From positions 30,110 to 94,109 of the forward strand of contig CBFIGY010000011.1 in assembly GCA_965662235.1 (NCBI GenBank): a DNA stretch of 64,000 nt, written 5' to 3'. Each line of letters begins with the position of its first letter. Position 1 is the first letter of the stretch. Source of the stretch: an uncultured bacterium (GTDB taxonomy: Bacteria > SAR324 > NAC60-12). Both the position numbers and the translations under genes were made by a program. The notes beneath the pieces are model-generated. The model was not told the DNA's origin. It made no database searches and saw only the letters and a program-made list of their open reading frames with translations. Of this stretch, positions 19,100-30,062 are shown in pieces.

Positions 19100-19954
19100 T
19101 CAGGGGGTGCGGTCCTTGAACTGCTCGCTCAAGAGGGCCCCGAGGGCGCTGCCAAGGTCGGTTGGCAAGAACACCTTGGTGCCTTCATTCAGGTTTCCGA
19201 GTGTGTCAAAGTAACGGACTCCCAGAGCCAACTTGGCCCCCTCTGGCCCCATCTTTTCGACAAACGTATACAGGTAGGTGGCATCCGCCTGCGCCCTCAG
19301 TTCCGTTGCACGGGCCTCGCCTTCGGCCCGCAGAATGGCAGACTGCTTGGCCCCTTCTGCCTCAAGCACCTGAGCCTGCTTGTGACCTTCTGCAGCAAGA
19401 ATCGCCGCCCTTCGCTCGCGTTCGGCATTCATCTGCTTGTTCATGGAGTCCTGGACCTCATTGGGCACGAGGATTCCCTGGATCTCGACTCGGTTGGTCC
19501 GCATGCCCCACTTTTCCGAAACATCCTGCAGTTCATCCAAAATGGCGGTGTTGATGCGGTTCCGCTCAGAAATGACCTCATCCAGATTCATCCGCCCCAC
19601 CACATCCCGTAAGGTCGTGAGGGCGACATTTCCAATCGCGAGGGGGAGGTTCTCCACCTCATAAACCGCTTTGGTGGGGTCAATGATTTGCCAAAACAGG
19701 ATCGCGTTCACGGTGACCGTGATGTTGTCCCGGGTGATGCAGGGCTGCGGTTCGGTGTCCAGCACCTGTTCCTGCTTCGAGATGAGGATGTAGGAGAGGC
19801 GCTTGCGCTTGGTGGCAATGCCCTGCCAGTGCCCCATGTCCTTGGGGGCTTCAATGAAGGGGAGGCGAATCCGTAACCCGGCCTGCTTGGTGGAGCTGTA
19901 CTTGCCCAGGCGCTCGATGATGATGACGTGGTTTTGCGGGACCTGATAGATCAT
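19100..19954 (-). CDS. SPFH/band 7 (stomatin/QmcA-like) protein
   Basis: ITRDN, TTLRDVVG, QMNAERERRAAILAAEG. Confidence 0.92.
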   Translation of the reverse strand: MIYQVPQNHVIIIERLGKYSSTKQAGLRIRLPFIEAPKDMGHWQGIATKRKRLSYILISKQEQVLDTEPQPCITRDNITVTVNAILFWQIIDPTKAVYEVENLPLAIGNVALTTLRDVVGRMNLDEVISERNRINTAILDELQDVSEKWGMRTNRVEIQGILVPNEVQDSMNKQMNAERERRAAILAAEGHKQAQVLEAEGAKQSAILRAEGEARATELRAQADATYLYTFVEKMGPEGAKLALGVRYFDTLGNLNEGTKVFLPTDLGSALGALLSEQFKDRTP

Positions 19955-20397
19955 GACTCCTCCTCCTTTGGGAATTTCTCAACCTTCAAGTGAGCCCCCT
20001 CTAGGGAGAGGACGTGAATGGGGTCGCCGGCATCCAGGGGCTCGTTGCAGACCACCGGCCAGCGGTCTCCCCGGACCTGCGCGTGAGAGGCATCGAGCAT
20101 GACGCCGGTTGCGCCAGGAAGCGCGTCCACTCCGGAACGCAGGCGAGTCGGAACCAGCCACTGCTCCAGGTACGACCCTCCTTTTGCCGCCAGTTGGTAC
20201 ATGACCAGGGTGCTGCCCAGCATCACAGGTAAAAAGACCAGCCCCTGAACCCACCAGGCCACTCCCAGGTGGTTCAGTCCCATGATCACGAGCAGTGCCA
20301 CCCCGCTTCCGGAAAGCAGCCCCCCTGAGGGAAGGACGACATCAATGAGGATGAGCGCGCCCCCTGTGATCAGGAACGCCCAGGTGAGAAGGTCCAT
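19951..20397 (-). CDS. NfeD-like membrane protein
   Basis: Hydrophobic N-terminus, C-terminal OB-fold (VRGDRW...LEGAHLKV); coupled to the SPFH gene. Confidence 0.85.
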   Translation of the reverse strand: MDLLTWAFLITGGALILIDVVLPSGGLLSGSGVALLVIMGLNHLGVAWWVQGLVFLPVMLGSTLVMYQLAAKGGSYLEQWLVPTRLRSGVDALPGATGVMLDASHAQVRGDRWPVVCNEPLDAGDPIHVLSLEGAHLKVEKFPKEEES

Positions 20398-20867
20398 GTG
20401 GATGCGTCTGCAGGTGCCGGGGGTGCTGCCAAGGGCACGGTGACGCCTCTGTGCCGCGTGTGCCCTCTGTAACGGTTGGTCTTCCGCACCCTACTGGAGG
20501 TGCGTCGCGCTCGCAAGAAAAAAGCAGAACGCGGGCTCTCCCCTGAAGGGTGATGTGGTGCCGAGGAAGCGCATCTGCTCCTTTTTGATCAACGTCTTGG
20601 ACGGACCTGGGAAGAAAGAATCTGGCAAGAAGAACACACCTCCTCCGGTCGTCCCATCCACGTCTGGGGGATGTAGCAAAAGAGCCGGTGGGGAGCGGCT
20701 CTGTCTTGGAGAAGCCGGTCATGTGTTGAGGAAGTCGGAGCATTTGAGGAAAATTCCACGGGGGCGGTTCCCAGACTTGACTGCCAGAGTCAGACTGGTT
20801 GAATGGATGGGACGCCGGGCTCTTGATTCCGAGCCTCCTTCTGCTCAACCCGTGCCGTCGCCCTACC

Positions 20868-21527
20868 ATGGATGCTCGCCTACGTGACCTTCCGGACTGG
20901 AACTACCTGCTGCTGGAGTTTGATCAGATCTACCGTCTGGGCTCCTCCGGAGGCAGCACCATCATCCGCAGCCACCTGAGACGAGTCCGGGAAACCCTGA
21001 GGCGGGTGGTGAAGACCAATCCCTTTTACACGCCTCGGCAGCCGGAGGTCAAACCCGTCAACGCGCACTGGGGACGGGCGCTGGATCTGGCAACCTCCGG
21101 ACCCTTGGCGCACCTGGCGCGGGTGCTGCCTCGGGTGGAGTCGGAGCTGGTGTGGCAGTGGGGGTATGAGCGCATTCCCAAGGAGCTCGCCAAGCGATAC
21201 GCCTACTGTGAACTGCTGGGGCCGCAGGGGCCCATTCAGTCGGAGGAGTTGATTTTGGGGCTCGTGCTTTTTGCCCCCGGGACCACGTATCCGCAGCACC
21301 GTCATGAGGAAATCGAGGAAAGCTACATCTCGCTGGCAGGGGCGTGGTCGGAGAATGACGGCGCGGTTTATGCGCCGGGCTCGCTCATCCTCAATCGCTC
21401 CAACCAGCACCACCGCATCACCATTGGCACCCGCGATCCCTGCCTGCTGGCCTACGCTTGGATTGGCCCCCCCTCGCGCCTGACGAGCCAGGTCTTCCGC
21501 TTCTCACGCCTGCAGCGGATGCCCTGA
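20868..21527 (+). CDS. dddL: DMSP lyase, DddL type (cupin)
   Basis: Full-length resemblance to recalled rhodobacterial DddL: PDWxYLLxEF, GSxGGS, KPVxAH, YAYCExLGP, YPQHxHxxIEESYIS, GAWSEND, HRIT, PCLLAYAW. Confidence 0.85.
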   Translation: MDARLRDLPDWNYLLLEFDQIYRLGSSGGSTIIRSHLRRVRETLRRVVKTNPFYTPRQPEVKPVNAHWGRALDLATSGPLAHLARVLPRVESELVWQWGYERIPKELAKRYAYCELLGPQGPIQSEELILGLVLFAPGTTYPQHRHEEIEESYISLAGAWSENDGAVYAPGSLILNRSNQHHRITIGTRDPCLLAYAWIGPPSRLTSQVFRFSRLQRMP

Positions 21528-24500
21528 CTCCACGGGCTCAGAGGAAGTCGTACGGATCGACTCCGGAGCATCATGTCGGAAGGTGAGGCCCCAGTCCTCC
21601 AGCAGGGCAAAGAACGCCGGGACGATAATCAGGGAAGCAAAGGTCGCAAACATCAACCCGAACGCCAGGCTGGCCACCAGTGGAATGAGGAACTGGGCCT
21701 GCGTGCTGGTCTCTGAGAGCAGGGGCAGGAGTCCGGCAATGGTGGTCAGCGACGTGAGGACAATTGGCCGGAAGCGGTCCCGGACCGCCTCCTGTGCGGC
21801 CTCCAACAGAGGCACCTGGTGCCCGAGGCGTTCCTTCAGGAAGGTCACTAGGAGGATGTTGTCGTTCACGACAACCCCTGTTAGCGTTGCCATGCCAACC
21901 AAGCTGGGCATGGTCAGTTCCAGTCCCAGCAGCAGGTGCCCAACAATCACGCCCACAAAGGCCATGGGCAAGGCCAGCAGCACGGCAAAGGGCTGCACGA
22001 GGTTCCGGAACTGAAACCCGAGAATGAGAAACACCCCCACCACGCCGATGAGGAGGTTCATCTGGAGGGAGTTTCCTGTGTCTGCCGATTCCTTGTCCTG
22101 CCCCTGAGAAACCATCTTGATGCCAGGGTACTGCTTCTTGAGCTCAGGCATGAACTTTTTCTGCACCGCGCGCATCAGCTCCTGGGCATTGGCAACCTCG
22201 GTATCCAGCGTTCCCTGCACCGTGACCGTCCGGAGGGTATTGACGCGGTGAATCCGGGCAAAGCCCCGAACCTCTTCCAGCTCAGCGACCGCCTGCAGCG
22301 GAACCAACGTTCCGTCAGGAGCCTTAATGGAGAGGGTGTAGAGGTCGTCCAGGCTGGCACGGTCCTGGGCGTCCAGTTGCGCCAGAACGCTCAGGGATTC
22401 TGAACGCAGCAGCACCTCTAGGCCCGTGTTTCCGCTCAGAGCCGCCCGGACTTCATCGGCAACCGCCTTGGCACTGATGCCAAAAATGCCTGCAGTTTCC
22501 TTCAGGTGGATGCGCAGTTCCGGCTTTCCCGGACGGAGGTCATCGGAAAGATCACGGACCCCTGCGTACCCGGAAAGGAAGGCCTGCAGATCCAGGGACG
22601 CCTTCTTCAGCTGCTCCAACTGATTTCCCTGCAGTCGCAGGTCAATCGCCTTCCCAGCGACCCCCCGTTCCTTATCCGTGAACTTCAGGAAGACCACATC
22701 CGGAAGGTCTCCGGTCAGCTCCCGCCAGCGTTCCAGCATGTCGGGAACCGAGCCCGTCCGGACTTCTGCAGACAGCAGGTCCGCGCTGATGGTTGCCAGG
22801 TGTGGACCGCTTTCATAGGCGTCCACGTTCGTGTTGTAAAGAATGGATATATTTTGAATCAAAGGCTGCCCCTCGGGCTGCAGCGGGGTGTACTCGGCGT
22901 CCAGTGCCTGCAGCGACTCCTCTAGCTGGGCCATGAGGGCTTCGGTCCGAGAAAGTGGCGTTCCCTGCGGCAACAGAACCCGAGCCTGAATGATGTCGCT
23001 TTCCAGCGTTGGGAAGGCCTGGAACTTGAGCAGGCCGCTCGGCAAGGTGGCATAGGCCGCAAGGGCCAGACCGAGCACTCCGCCGATCCAGAGGTAGGGT
23101 TGGCCTGTGGTTCTCTTGACCAGCGGGACAAAAAAACGGTCCCGGATGGCCTGGAATCCGTTCTCAAAGCGGGTCTTGAGCGGACCCAGCTTCTGCTGCT
23201 GCAGTGACGGCAGCGAGTGCTTGAGGTGTGACGGTAGGATGAGGAAGGCCTCAATCAGGCTGACAGCGAGGGTGATGAGCAGGACCGCTGGGATGTAACG
23301 GAGCACGGCCCCCATGTTGCCGCTGAGGAAGGCGAGGGGCCCGACGATCATGCCGGTGGTCAGGAACGAGGAAATCACCCCCGGAAACACCTGACGGGTG
23401 CCCTCGACCGCGGCCTCTAGCGAGCTCTTTCCCTCCTTGAGTTTGGCGGCAATGTTTTCAGCAATGACGATGGAATCGTCCATCAGCAGGCCGGTGGCGA
23501 CCAAAAGTCCCACCAGGGTCATCATGTTGAGCGTGTATCCCAGCGCGTCCATGGCAAACACGGCCCCTAGGAAGGAGACCGGCAGGCCCATCGCGACCCA
23601 GAAGCTGAAACGCAGCGAGAAGAACAGCCACATGGTGAGGAAGACGAGCGCGAGTCCCTGCAGTCCGTTTTCAACAAGAATCCGGAGACGAGAGCGGATG
23701 TTGGTGGTGGTGTCTGAGCTGATTTCCAGTGCCATGCCTCGGGGAGCCAGCTGCCGCTCCCGGACCAGGTTCTCTTCGAGTGCCGCCCGGACACGCAGGC
23801 TGTCCTGATCGTACGTTTTGGCGATGTTGAGAATGGCTGCTCGCTGACCGTTGAAGTAGGTTTTTTCTTCCGGACGGTCAAAGGCCAAGTGGATGCGGGC
23901 GAGGTCCCCAAGGCGAACCTGCCCTCCGTTTCGGCTGGAGAGGACCAGGAGGCTTTCCAGCTCACGAGGGGTTCGGCGCTGCTCGCTGAAACGAACGATC
24001 CAGTCACCGTCCGGAGTGGCAAGGAGGCCTCCGGGAAGGTCGAGACTCTGACGGACCAGAGCGGCCTGAACGTCGCTGAGGCTCAGCTCATGTCGTTGCA
24101 GGGCCTGCTGGGAAACCTCCACCACTAGGTTGCGTGCCGAAAAGCCACTGAGCTGCACCTGGGCAATCCGGGGATCACGCTGCAGCCGGTCCTTGACGTC
24201 AGAGGCATAGGCCAGCAATCCGGCTTCTGAGGTCGCCCCTGTGATGGCAACGCTGGCGACGCTGGCGGTCCGTTCGAGTTTGGCAACTGAGGGACGTTCA
24301 ACCTTTGCGGGGAAGGACGAAATGGCTTCAATCTGCGACTTGACGTCATCATAAAACTCGCCCATGTCCGTGGATTCGGAGCGCTTGGCGGTGGCAATGG
24401 CGAGGTTTTCTCGTGCATCGCAGCGCAACTCCTGCAGTCCCGAAACGCTGTCCAGGGCTTCTTCCACCCGCTGACAGACCGATTCCTCGACCTCGGCCGG

Positions 24501-24659
24501 GGTGGCTCCCGGATAGGGGGCACGGATCTCTACTTCTGTGGCCGGAGTGAGGGGAAAGGTGTCTCGCTGCAGACGCGGAAGGGCGTTGAGGCCCAGTGCG
24601 AGGATGGCCACCATCAGCAGGTTGGCTGCTGTGGGGTGGTCGCTGAAGTACCGGATCAT
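21504..24659 (-). CDS. RND efflux transporter permease subunit
   Basis: 1051 aa; GLLMDDSIVIAEN, RFRPIVLTSLTT. Confidence 0.93.
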   Translation of the reverse strand: MIRYFSDHPTAANLLMVAILALGLNALPRLQRDTFPLTPATEVEIRAPYPGATPAEVEESVCQRVEEALDSVSGLQELRCDARENLAIATAKRSESTDMGEFYDDVKSQIEAISSFPAKVERPSVAKLERTASVASVAITGATSEAGLLAYASDVKDRLQRDPRIAQVQLSGFSARNLVVEVSQQALQRHELSLSDVQAALVRQSLDLPGGLLATPDGDWIVRFSEQRRTPRELESLLVLSSRNGGQVRLGDLARIHLAFDRPEEKTYFNGQRAAILNIAKTYDQDSLRVRAALEENLVRERQLAPRGMALEISSDTTTNIRSRLRILVENGLQGLALVFLTMWLFFSLRFSFWVAMGLPVSFLGAVFAMDALGYTLNMMTLVGLLVATGLLMDDSIVIAENIAAKLKEGKSSLEAAVEGTRQVFPGVISSFLTTGMIVGPLAFLSGNMGAVLRYIPAVLLITLAVSLIEAFLILPSHLKHSLPSLQQQKLGPLKTRFENGFQAIRDRFFVPLVKRTTGQPYLWIGGVLGLALAAYATLPSGLLKFQAFPTLESDIIQARVLLPQGTPLSRTEALMAQLEESLQALDAEYTPLQPEGQPLIQNISILYNTNVDAYESGPHLATISADLLSAEVRTGSVPDMLERWRELTGDLPDVVFLKFTDKERGVAGKAIDLRLQGNQLEQLKKASLDLQAFLSGYAGVRDLSDDLRPGKPELRIHLKETAGIFGISAKAVADEVRAALSGNTGLEVLLRSESLSVLAQLDAQDRASLDDLYTLSIKAPDGTLVPLQAVAELEEVRGFARIHRVNTLRTVTVQGTLDTEVANAQELMRAVQKKFMPELKKQYPGIKMVSQGQDKESADTGNSLQMNLLIGVVGVFLILGFQFRNLVQPFAVLLALPMAFVGVIVGHLLLGLELTMPSLVGMATLTGVVVNDNILLVTFLKERLGHQVPLLEAAQEAVRDRFRPIVLTSLTTIAGLLPLLSETSTQAQFLIPLVASLAFGLMFATFASLIIVPAFFALLEDWGLTFRHDAPESIRTTSSEPVESGHPLQA

Positions 24660-25984
24660 TTCGAGCCTCCCTTACCCGTGCTTGGAGGCACCTGACCGGT
24701 GGCTTGAGTCATCAACGCCCGCTGAGCCTTCGGGTCTTCCTGTGGAGCGAGCAGCATTCCAGGAACCGGAGTCAGGAGGTCAGAAACCACCACCTGCTCT
24801 CCAGCCGTTACTCCCTTTTGCAGAACGGCGTAGTTTTCGTGAGTGAAGCGTACCTGGACCGGGCGCAGCTCCAGTCGGTTTTCAGCAGTGACCACATAGA
24901 CCTGGCCACCATGCACCGCAGAGCGTGGCAGAATCAGTTGCGCCTCGGCGGACTGTGCGGAAAGCTCCACCTCCACAAAGGTGTTGCGGAGCAAGGGAGG
25001 ACGTTTTCCGGGGCGGGCCTGTGAAAGCGGATCGTCAATGCGGACCACCACGCCGAGGGCCTGCGTCTGCGGATCAATGACACCCGAAACCCGGTCAATC
25101 TGTGCCGGCCAGGTGACACTGTGGGTGGGCGTCCGGAGCCGAACCGTGGCCTGCAGGCTGAGCACGCCTTGGGCGGTGGAGTCCTGGTTCGTCAGGGTGA
25201 TCAGGGGCCGGAGGGCACCAACGGGGAAGCGGGCCTCGACCTCCACAGCGTCCAAGGCATCCGCTGTCAGCAGCAGCTGTCCCCGGTTGGCGTACTGCAT
25301 CTCGCTGACCCGGACGTCGGTGATCCGGAGGTCGAACGGCGCCTTCAGGTGGGTCCGTTCCAGGTTCAGGAGCGCTGCCTGACGCTGGGCCTCCAGCACT
25401 CCTCGCTCTGCTTGGTTGAGGTCAATGGCGTTGCGCAGGCTCTGCACCTGTGACTGCCCGTTGAGTGTGAGCCGTTCTGCGGCATCCACGGCATTCTGAG
25501 CGCCAGCGCCTTTGGCCGCGAGGTCCTTCTTGCGCTCATAGTCGGCGGTGAGCAGCGCCAGGTCCTTTTCCGCCAGAGCCAGGCTTGCTTCCGAGGTCCG
25601 GTTGCGGATGGTTGAGGCCTTCAGCTGGGCGTCAATCTGAGCCAGAGCCAGCTGGTAGTCACTTTCACCAATCCGAATGAGCTCGGTTCCGGCAGAAACC
25701 GTTTCTCCGCTTTGGGCCGTGTCTGCAAGCCAGACCACCGGGCCGGCGACCTCGGCGACCGCTTCCCAGGTTCGGCTGGCCTGCACGGTCCCGTATCCCA
25801 CCAGACGTGGCTGAATGGGCACCGGACGCACCGCCAGCACCCGAACCTTGGTGGCCCGTTCTTCCGGATTGGCAGGTTGGGGTCCGCTCTGAACCTTGGG
25901 CGCCAGAAGCACCAGAGCCAGACCAATGAGCAAGGGGGGAATTCCCCAAAAACGACGTAACCAGGGACGTTGAGATGTCGGCAT
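24656..25984 (-). CDS. RND periplasmic adaptor (membrane fusion protein)
   Basis: AEVAGPV, LKAPFD, IDPQTQ; ATG at 25984 with GAGGA RBS. Confidence 0.9.
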   Translation of the reverse strand: MPTSQRPWLRRFWGIPPLLIGLALVLLAPKVQSGPQPANPEERATKVRVLAVRPVPIQPRLVGYGTVQASRTWEAVAEVAGPVVWLADTAQSGETVSAGTELIRIGESDYQLALAQIDAQLKASTIRNRTSEASLALAEKDLALLTADYERKKDLAAKGAGAQNAVDAAERLTLNGQSQVQSLRNAIDLNQAERGVLEAQRQAALLNLERTHLKAPFDLRITDVRVSEMQYANRGQLLLTADALDAVEVEARFPVGALRPLITLTNQDSTAQGVLSLQATVRLRTPTHSVTWPAQIDRVSGVIDPQTQALGVVVRIDDPLSQARPGKRPPLLRNTFVEVELSAQSAEAQLILPRSAVHGGQVYVVTAENRLELRPVQVRFTHENYAVLQKGVTAGEQVVVSDLLTPVPGMLLAPQEDPKAQRALMTQATGQVPPSTGKGGSK

Positions 25985-26010
25985 AATTTCCTCGTGGAGC
26001 AGCAATATCG

Positions 26011-26030
26011 ATTTATTAGGATAAATAAAT
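26011..26030. promoter_or_regulatory. Palindromic operator candidate upstream of the RND operon
   Basis: ATTTATT-aggata-AATAAAT inverted repeat in an AT-rich patch about 27 bp from the start codon. Confidence 0.5.
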
Positions 26031-26099
26031 ATAGTGAGTGGAGCTGGTCGTAAATTTACGCAGCGTCGGTAGGGGGCCCGAAAAAAGGGGGATGGATGC

Positions 26100-27545
26100 T
26101 CAGCGTCGCTCGCTGCGGAGGATGAAACGCTGCAGGGGCGGGGGAAGCATGAGGTCGAAGCGGAGGCTGATCGAGGTCAGGAACCAGCCAAAGAGCTGCT
26201 TGAGGGCAGCAAGGTGTTCGTCTTCCAGTGCGTAGTAGAGGTGCCGTCCGATGTAGATGGCGGGGCCCTTGCGAGAGAGCGTCTTGCCCTGAATGAGGAA
26301 GCGGATGAACGGGGCCTCGACTAGGCTGTCGGAGTCGGTGTCGAAGGCCCCAACGCCCAGCTGACAGGCAACCATCCAGCCTGCTGGAAGTTCCGTTTCT
26401 CCATCTAGGCGCAGGAGTTTGGGAATCCGGAACCCGAGCATGCGGCTGTATTCCCGCTGCAGGCGTCCGCCACGTTCAAAGGGGTGAGCGCTCCAGCGTT
26501 CCGAATCCCGGAACTGGCGGTCGGCTTCACTGAGCCAGTACTGCACGACGTTCAGCAGAGCTGCTTCGAAGGAAGCCTGATACCCCAGCAAGGACCGGGT
26601 GCCATCGAGCGCCGTTTCCACATAGTCCTCAATGCGGGCCTGGAAGTGCGGGGCCGAGCAGTCATCAACAGGATTGAGGGTCCGGATCACCTGCTTGAGG
26701 GGGGAAGCGTTGCGGGCGCAGTACTCCCGGAAGGCCTGCTCCAGATTTCCTGAGAGGGGCTCCGGACGCTCTAGGTCTTCGAGGGGTGGCTCTTCGGTGT
26801 CATCAATGTCCGACTGAGCAAGGCGGAGGACGCCTTCCTTGACAAGGCGCTCCACGGTCCGGAAGTCAAGCTTGCGGAGGAGGCTGTCCCAGCGCTTCAC
26901 CGGACGTCCGAGCAGCTGTCCAAGACGCATCAGGAGCCAGGCGGTGCCTTCGTCGTTTTGAGCAAGGTCGTCCAGCTTCTTGAGGAAGAAGCGGTTCTTG
27001 GCAGTGAGGTAGATGTGGTAATGCGGGGAGAAGAGGCCCTGGAGGCGTTCTGCCAGAAAGGCCCGGCGGCGGTCTTCCGGAAAGCTGGGGATGGAGGCAA
27101 AGTGCTGCTCGAGCTTTTGCCGCTGCCTCAGCGTCTCAGAGGGCGCGTCCAGCAGCGTCTGCAGGCTGCGTTCGAGGGTGTTGCGGTAGGCGCTCAGGGC
27201 GTCAGCTTCCCGCTGCGTCCGGGCGAAGTCGAAGAGGCGGTGGATGACCGCAAGGGACTGGATGCTCTTCTGGACACTGGAACGCAGTGCGGCTTCGCCC
27301 TGTTCCGGGTCGTAGTTGGCAATGAGGCGCCGAACGGTTTCCGGGTGATAGAACTGAATGGCGTGGACGAAAGCGCGGTGCGGGTCGCTTCCGGGGTAGG
27401 GCATTTCCACCGGGTGCTCCTCCTGGAACGCTTCCCATGCCACGTCAAAGGCGTCACGGAAGGTGGACATGAGGAGCCCGGTGTCACCATTCAGGGCGCT
27501 CCGCAGGTGGGTGATGCGCTGGTTCCAAGAAGCCACACCGCTCAT
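26100..27545 (-). CDS. Hypothetical protein (481 aa)
   Basis: Long ORF with host-like codon usage, 6 bp downstream of moxR. Confidence 0.8.
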   Translation of the reverse strand: MSGVASWNQRITHLRSALNGDTGLLMSTFRDAFDVAWEAFQEEHPVEMPYPGSDPHRAFVHAIQFYHPETVRRLIANYDPEQGEAALRSSVQKSIQSLAVIHRLFDFARTQREADALSAYRNTLERSLQTLLDAPSETLRQRQKLEQHFASIPSFPEDRRRAFLAERLQGLFSPHYHIYLTAKNRFFLKKLDDLAQNDEGTAWLLMRLGQLLGRPVKRWDSLLRKLDFRTVERLVKEGVLRLAQSDIDDTEEPPLEDLERPEPLSGNLEQAFREYCARNASPLKQVIRTLNPVDDCSAPHFQARIEDYVETALDGTRSLLGYQASFEAALLNVVQYWLSEADRQFRDSERWSAHPFERGGRLQREYSRMLGFRIPKLLRLDGETELPAGWMVACQLGVGAFDTDSDSLVEAPFIRFLIQGKTLSRKGPAIYIGRHLYYALEDEHLAALKQLFGWFLTSISLRFDLMLPPPLQRFILRSERR

Positions 27546-27551
27546 GACGCC

Positions 27552-28562
<1,011 letters not shown>

Positions 28563-28598
28563 GGTCCGAACACTCCGGGGAAAGAGGTGGCAGAAGGG

Positions 28599-30032
28599 TC
28601 AGCGTTGGGCTTGCTGCAGCAGCCGCAGGCACTTGTCCTTCCCAAATAAGTCAACAAGCAGGTGCAGGTCGGGACCCTGAACTTCTTGGGTAATGGCGGC
28701 TCGGAGGGGCATCCAGAGCGCCTTGCCCTTGATGCCGGTGTCCTTCTGGACCTGCTTTGCGAGTTGTCCCAAACGGGCGCCATCGAGCTCAGGCTCTGCT
28801 TCAAGCAGGGGGATGAAGGCCGCAAGGACCTGCTGGGCGGTCTCGTCTTCCAGCAAGGCGAGGACCTCTGGATCCGTGCTGGGGGGGCGTTCATCAAAAA
28901 AAGGCGTCAGCTGTGCTTCCAGATCCTGCAGCGTCACCAGTCGGTTCTGCACCGAAGCCACCACGCGACGCAGTTGCTCTTCCGGACGGTCGGCAAAGCG
29001 AGACGCCTGCAGAAACGGACGGGCCCGCTCAAAGAGGTCATCGGGCTCCAGCTGCTGAAGGTACTGCTGGTTCATCCAGTTGAGCTTGTCCCGGTCAAAG
29101 ACGGCTCCGGACTTGTTGACGCGGCTCCAGTCAAAGCGTTCCTGCAGCTCCGAGAGGCTCAGCAGCTCCTGATCATCATCGGGACTCCAGCCGAGGAGGG
29201 CCACAAAGTTGACCAGAGCTTCGGGAAGGTACCCGTTGGCCTGGAAGTCTTCCACGGCCACAGCCCCCTGACGCTTGCTGAGCTTGGTCCGGTCGGCATT
29301 GAGGATGAGGGGAAGGTGAGCAAACTGCGGAGGCGTCCACCCTAGGTAGCGGTAGAGCAGCAGGTGCTTGGGAAAGGACGGAAGCCACTCCTCGCCCCGG
29401 ACCACGTGGGTGATCTGCATGGCGTGGTCGTCGACCACCACGGCAAGGTGGTAGGTGGGAAAGCCGTCTCCCTTGATGAGCACCTGATCCTCAGTCTGCG
29501 TGGTCTCAATGGCCACCTTGCCCCGAACAAGGTCGTCTAGCACCAGCGTCTCAGGAACGTCCGGAATCTTCATGCGGATGACGTGCGGGGTTCCGGCGTC
29601 TAGGCGTTGCTGAACCTCGTCAACAGGCAGGTGCCGGCAGTGCTGATCGTAGCGCGGAGTCTCGCCTTTTTCTCGCTGTGCGGCCTTGACCTGTTCCAGC
29701 CGTTCCGGAGAGCAGAAGCAGGGGTAGGCGTCCCCTTGTTCAATCAGCTGCTGAGCGGCGGCATGGTAGCGATCCAGCCGTTCGGACTGCCGATAGGGGC
29801 CATGCTCGCCTCCGACGCCGGGGCCTTCATCTAGGTCCAGTCCCGCCCATTCCAGCATCCGAATCAGTCCTGCCTCTGCGGCTTCCACGAGCCGGTTCCG
29901 GTCGGTGTCTTCCAGCCGGAAGAGGAAGGTGCCGTGGTGGCGACGGGCATAGAGCCAGCTGAAGAGGGCGGTCCGGAGGCCTCCGATGTGGAGGTGCCCG
30001 GTGGGGCTGGGGGCAAAGCGCAGGCGAATCAT
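28599..30032 (-). CDS. gltX: Glutamate--tRNA ligase
   Basis: RFAPSPTG, HIGG, KLSKR, anticodon-binding domain present. Confidence 0.96.
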   Translation of the reverse strand: MIRLRFAPSPTGHLHIGGLRTALFSWLYARRHHGTFLFRLEDTDRNRLVEAAEAGLIRMLEWAGLDLDEGPGVGGEHGPYRQSERLDRYHAAAQQLIEQGDAYPCFCSPERLEQVKAAQREKGETPRYDQHCRHLPVDEVQQRLDAGTPHVIRMKIPDVPETLVLDDLVRGKVAIETTQTEDQVLIKGDGFPTYHLAVVVDDHAMQITHVVRGEEWLPSFPKHLLLYRYLGWTPPQFAHLPLILNADRTKLSKRQGAVAVEDFQANGYLPEALVNFVALLGWSPDDDQELLSLSELQERFDWSRVNKSGAVFDRDKLNWMNQQYLQQLEPDDLFERARPFLQASRFADRPEEQLRRVVASVQNRLVTLQDLEAQLTPFFDERPPSTDPEVLALLEDETAQQVLAAFIPLLEAEPELDGARLGQLAKQVQKDTGIKGKALWMPLRAAITQEVQGPDLHLLVDLFGKDKCLRLLQQAQR

Positions 30033-30062
30033 GAACGTCCGTTCGAGTGGAAGAAAAGGCGG

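Noticed and set aside
20398..20867. Hidden gene or ncRNA between nfeD and dddL
   Set aside because: The short ORFs lack coding character and no RNA family is recognisable; treated as divergent promoter DNA
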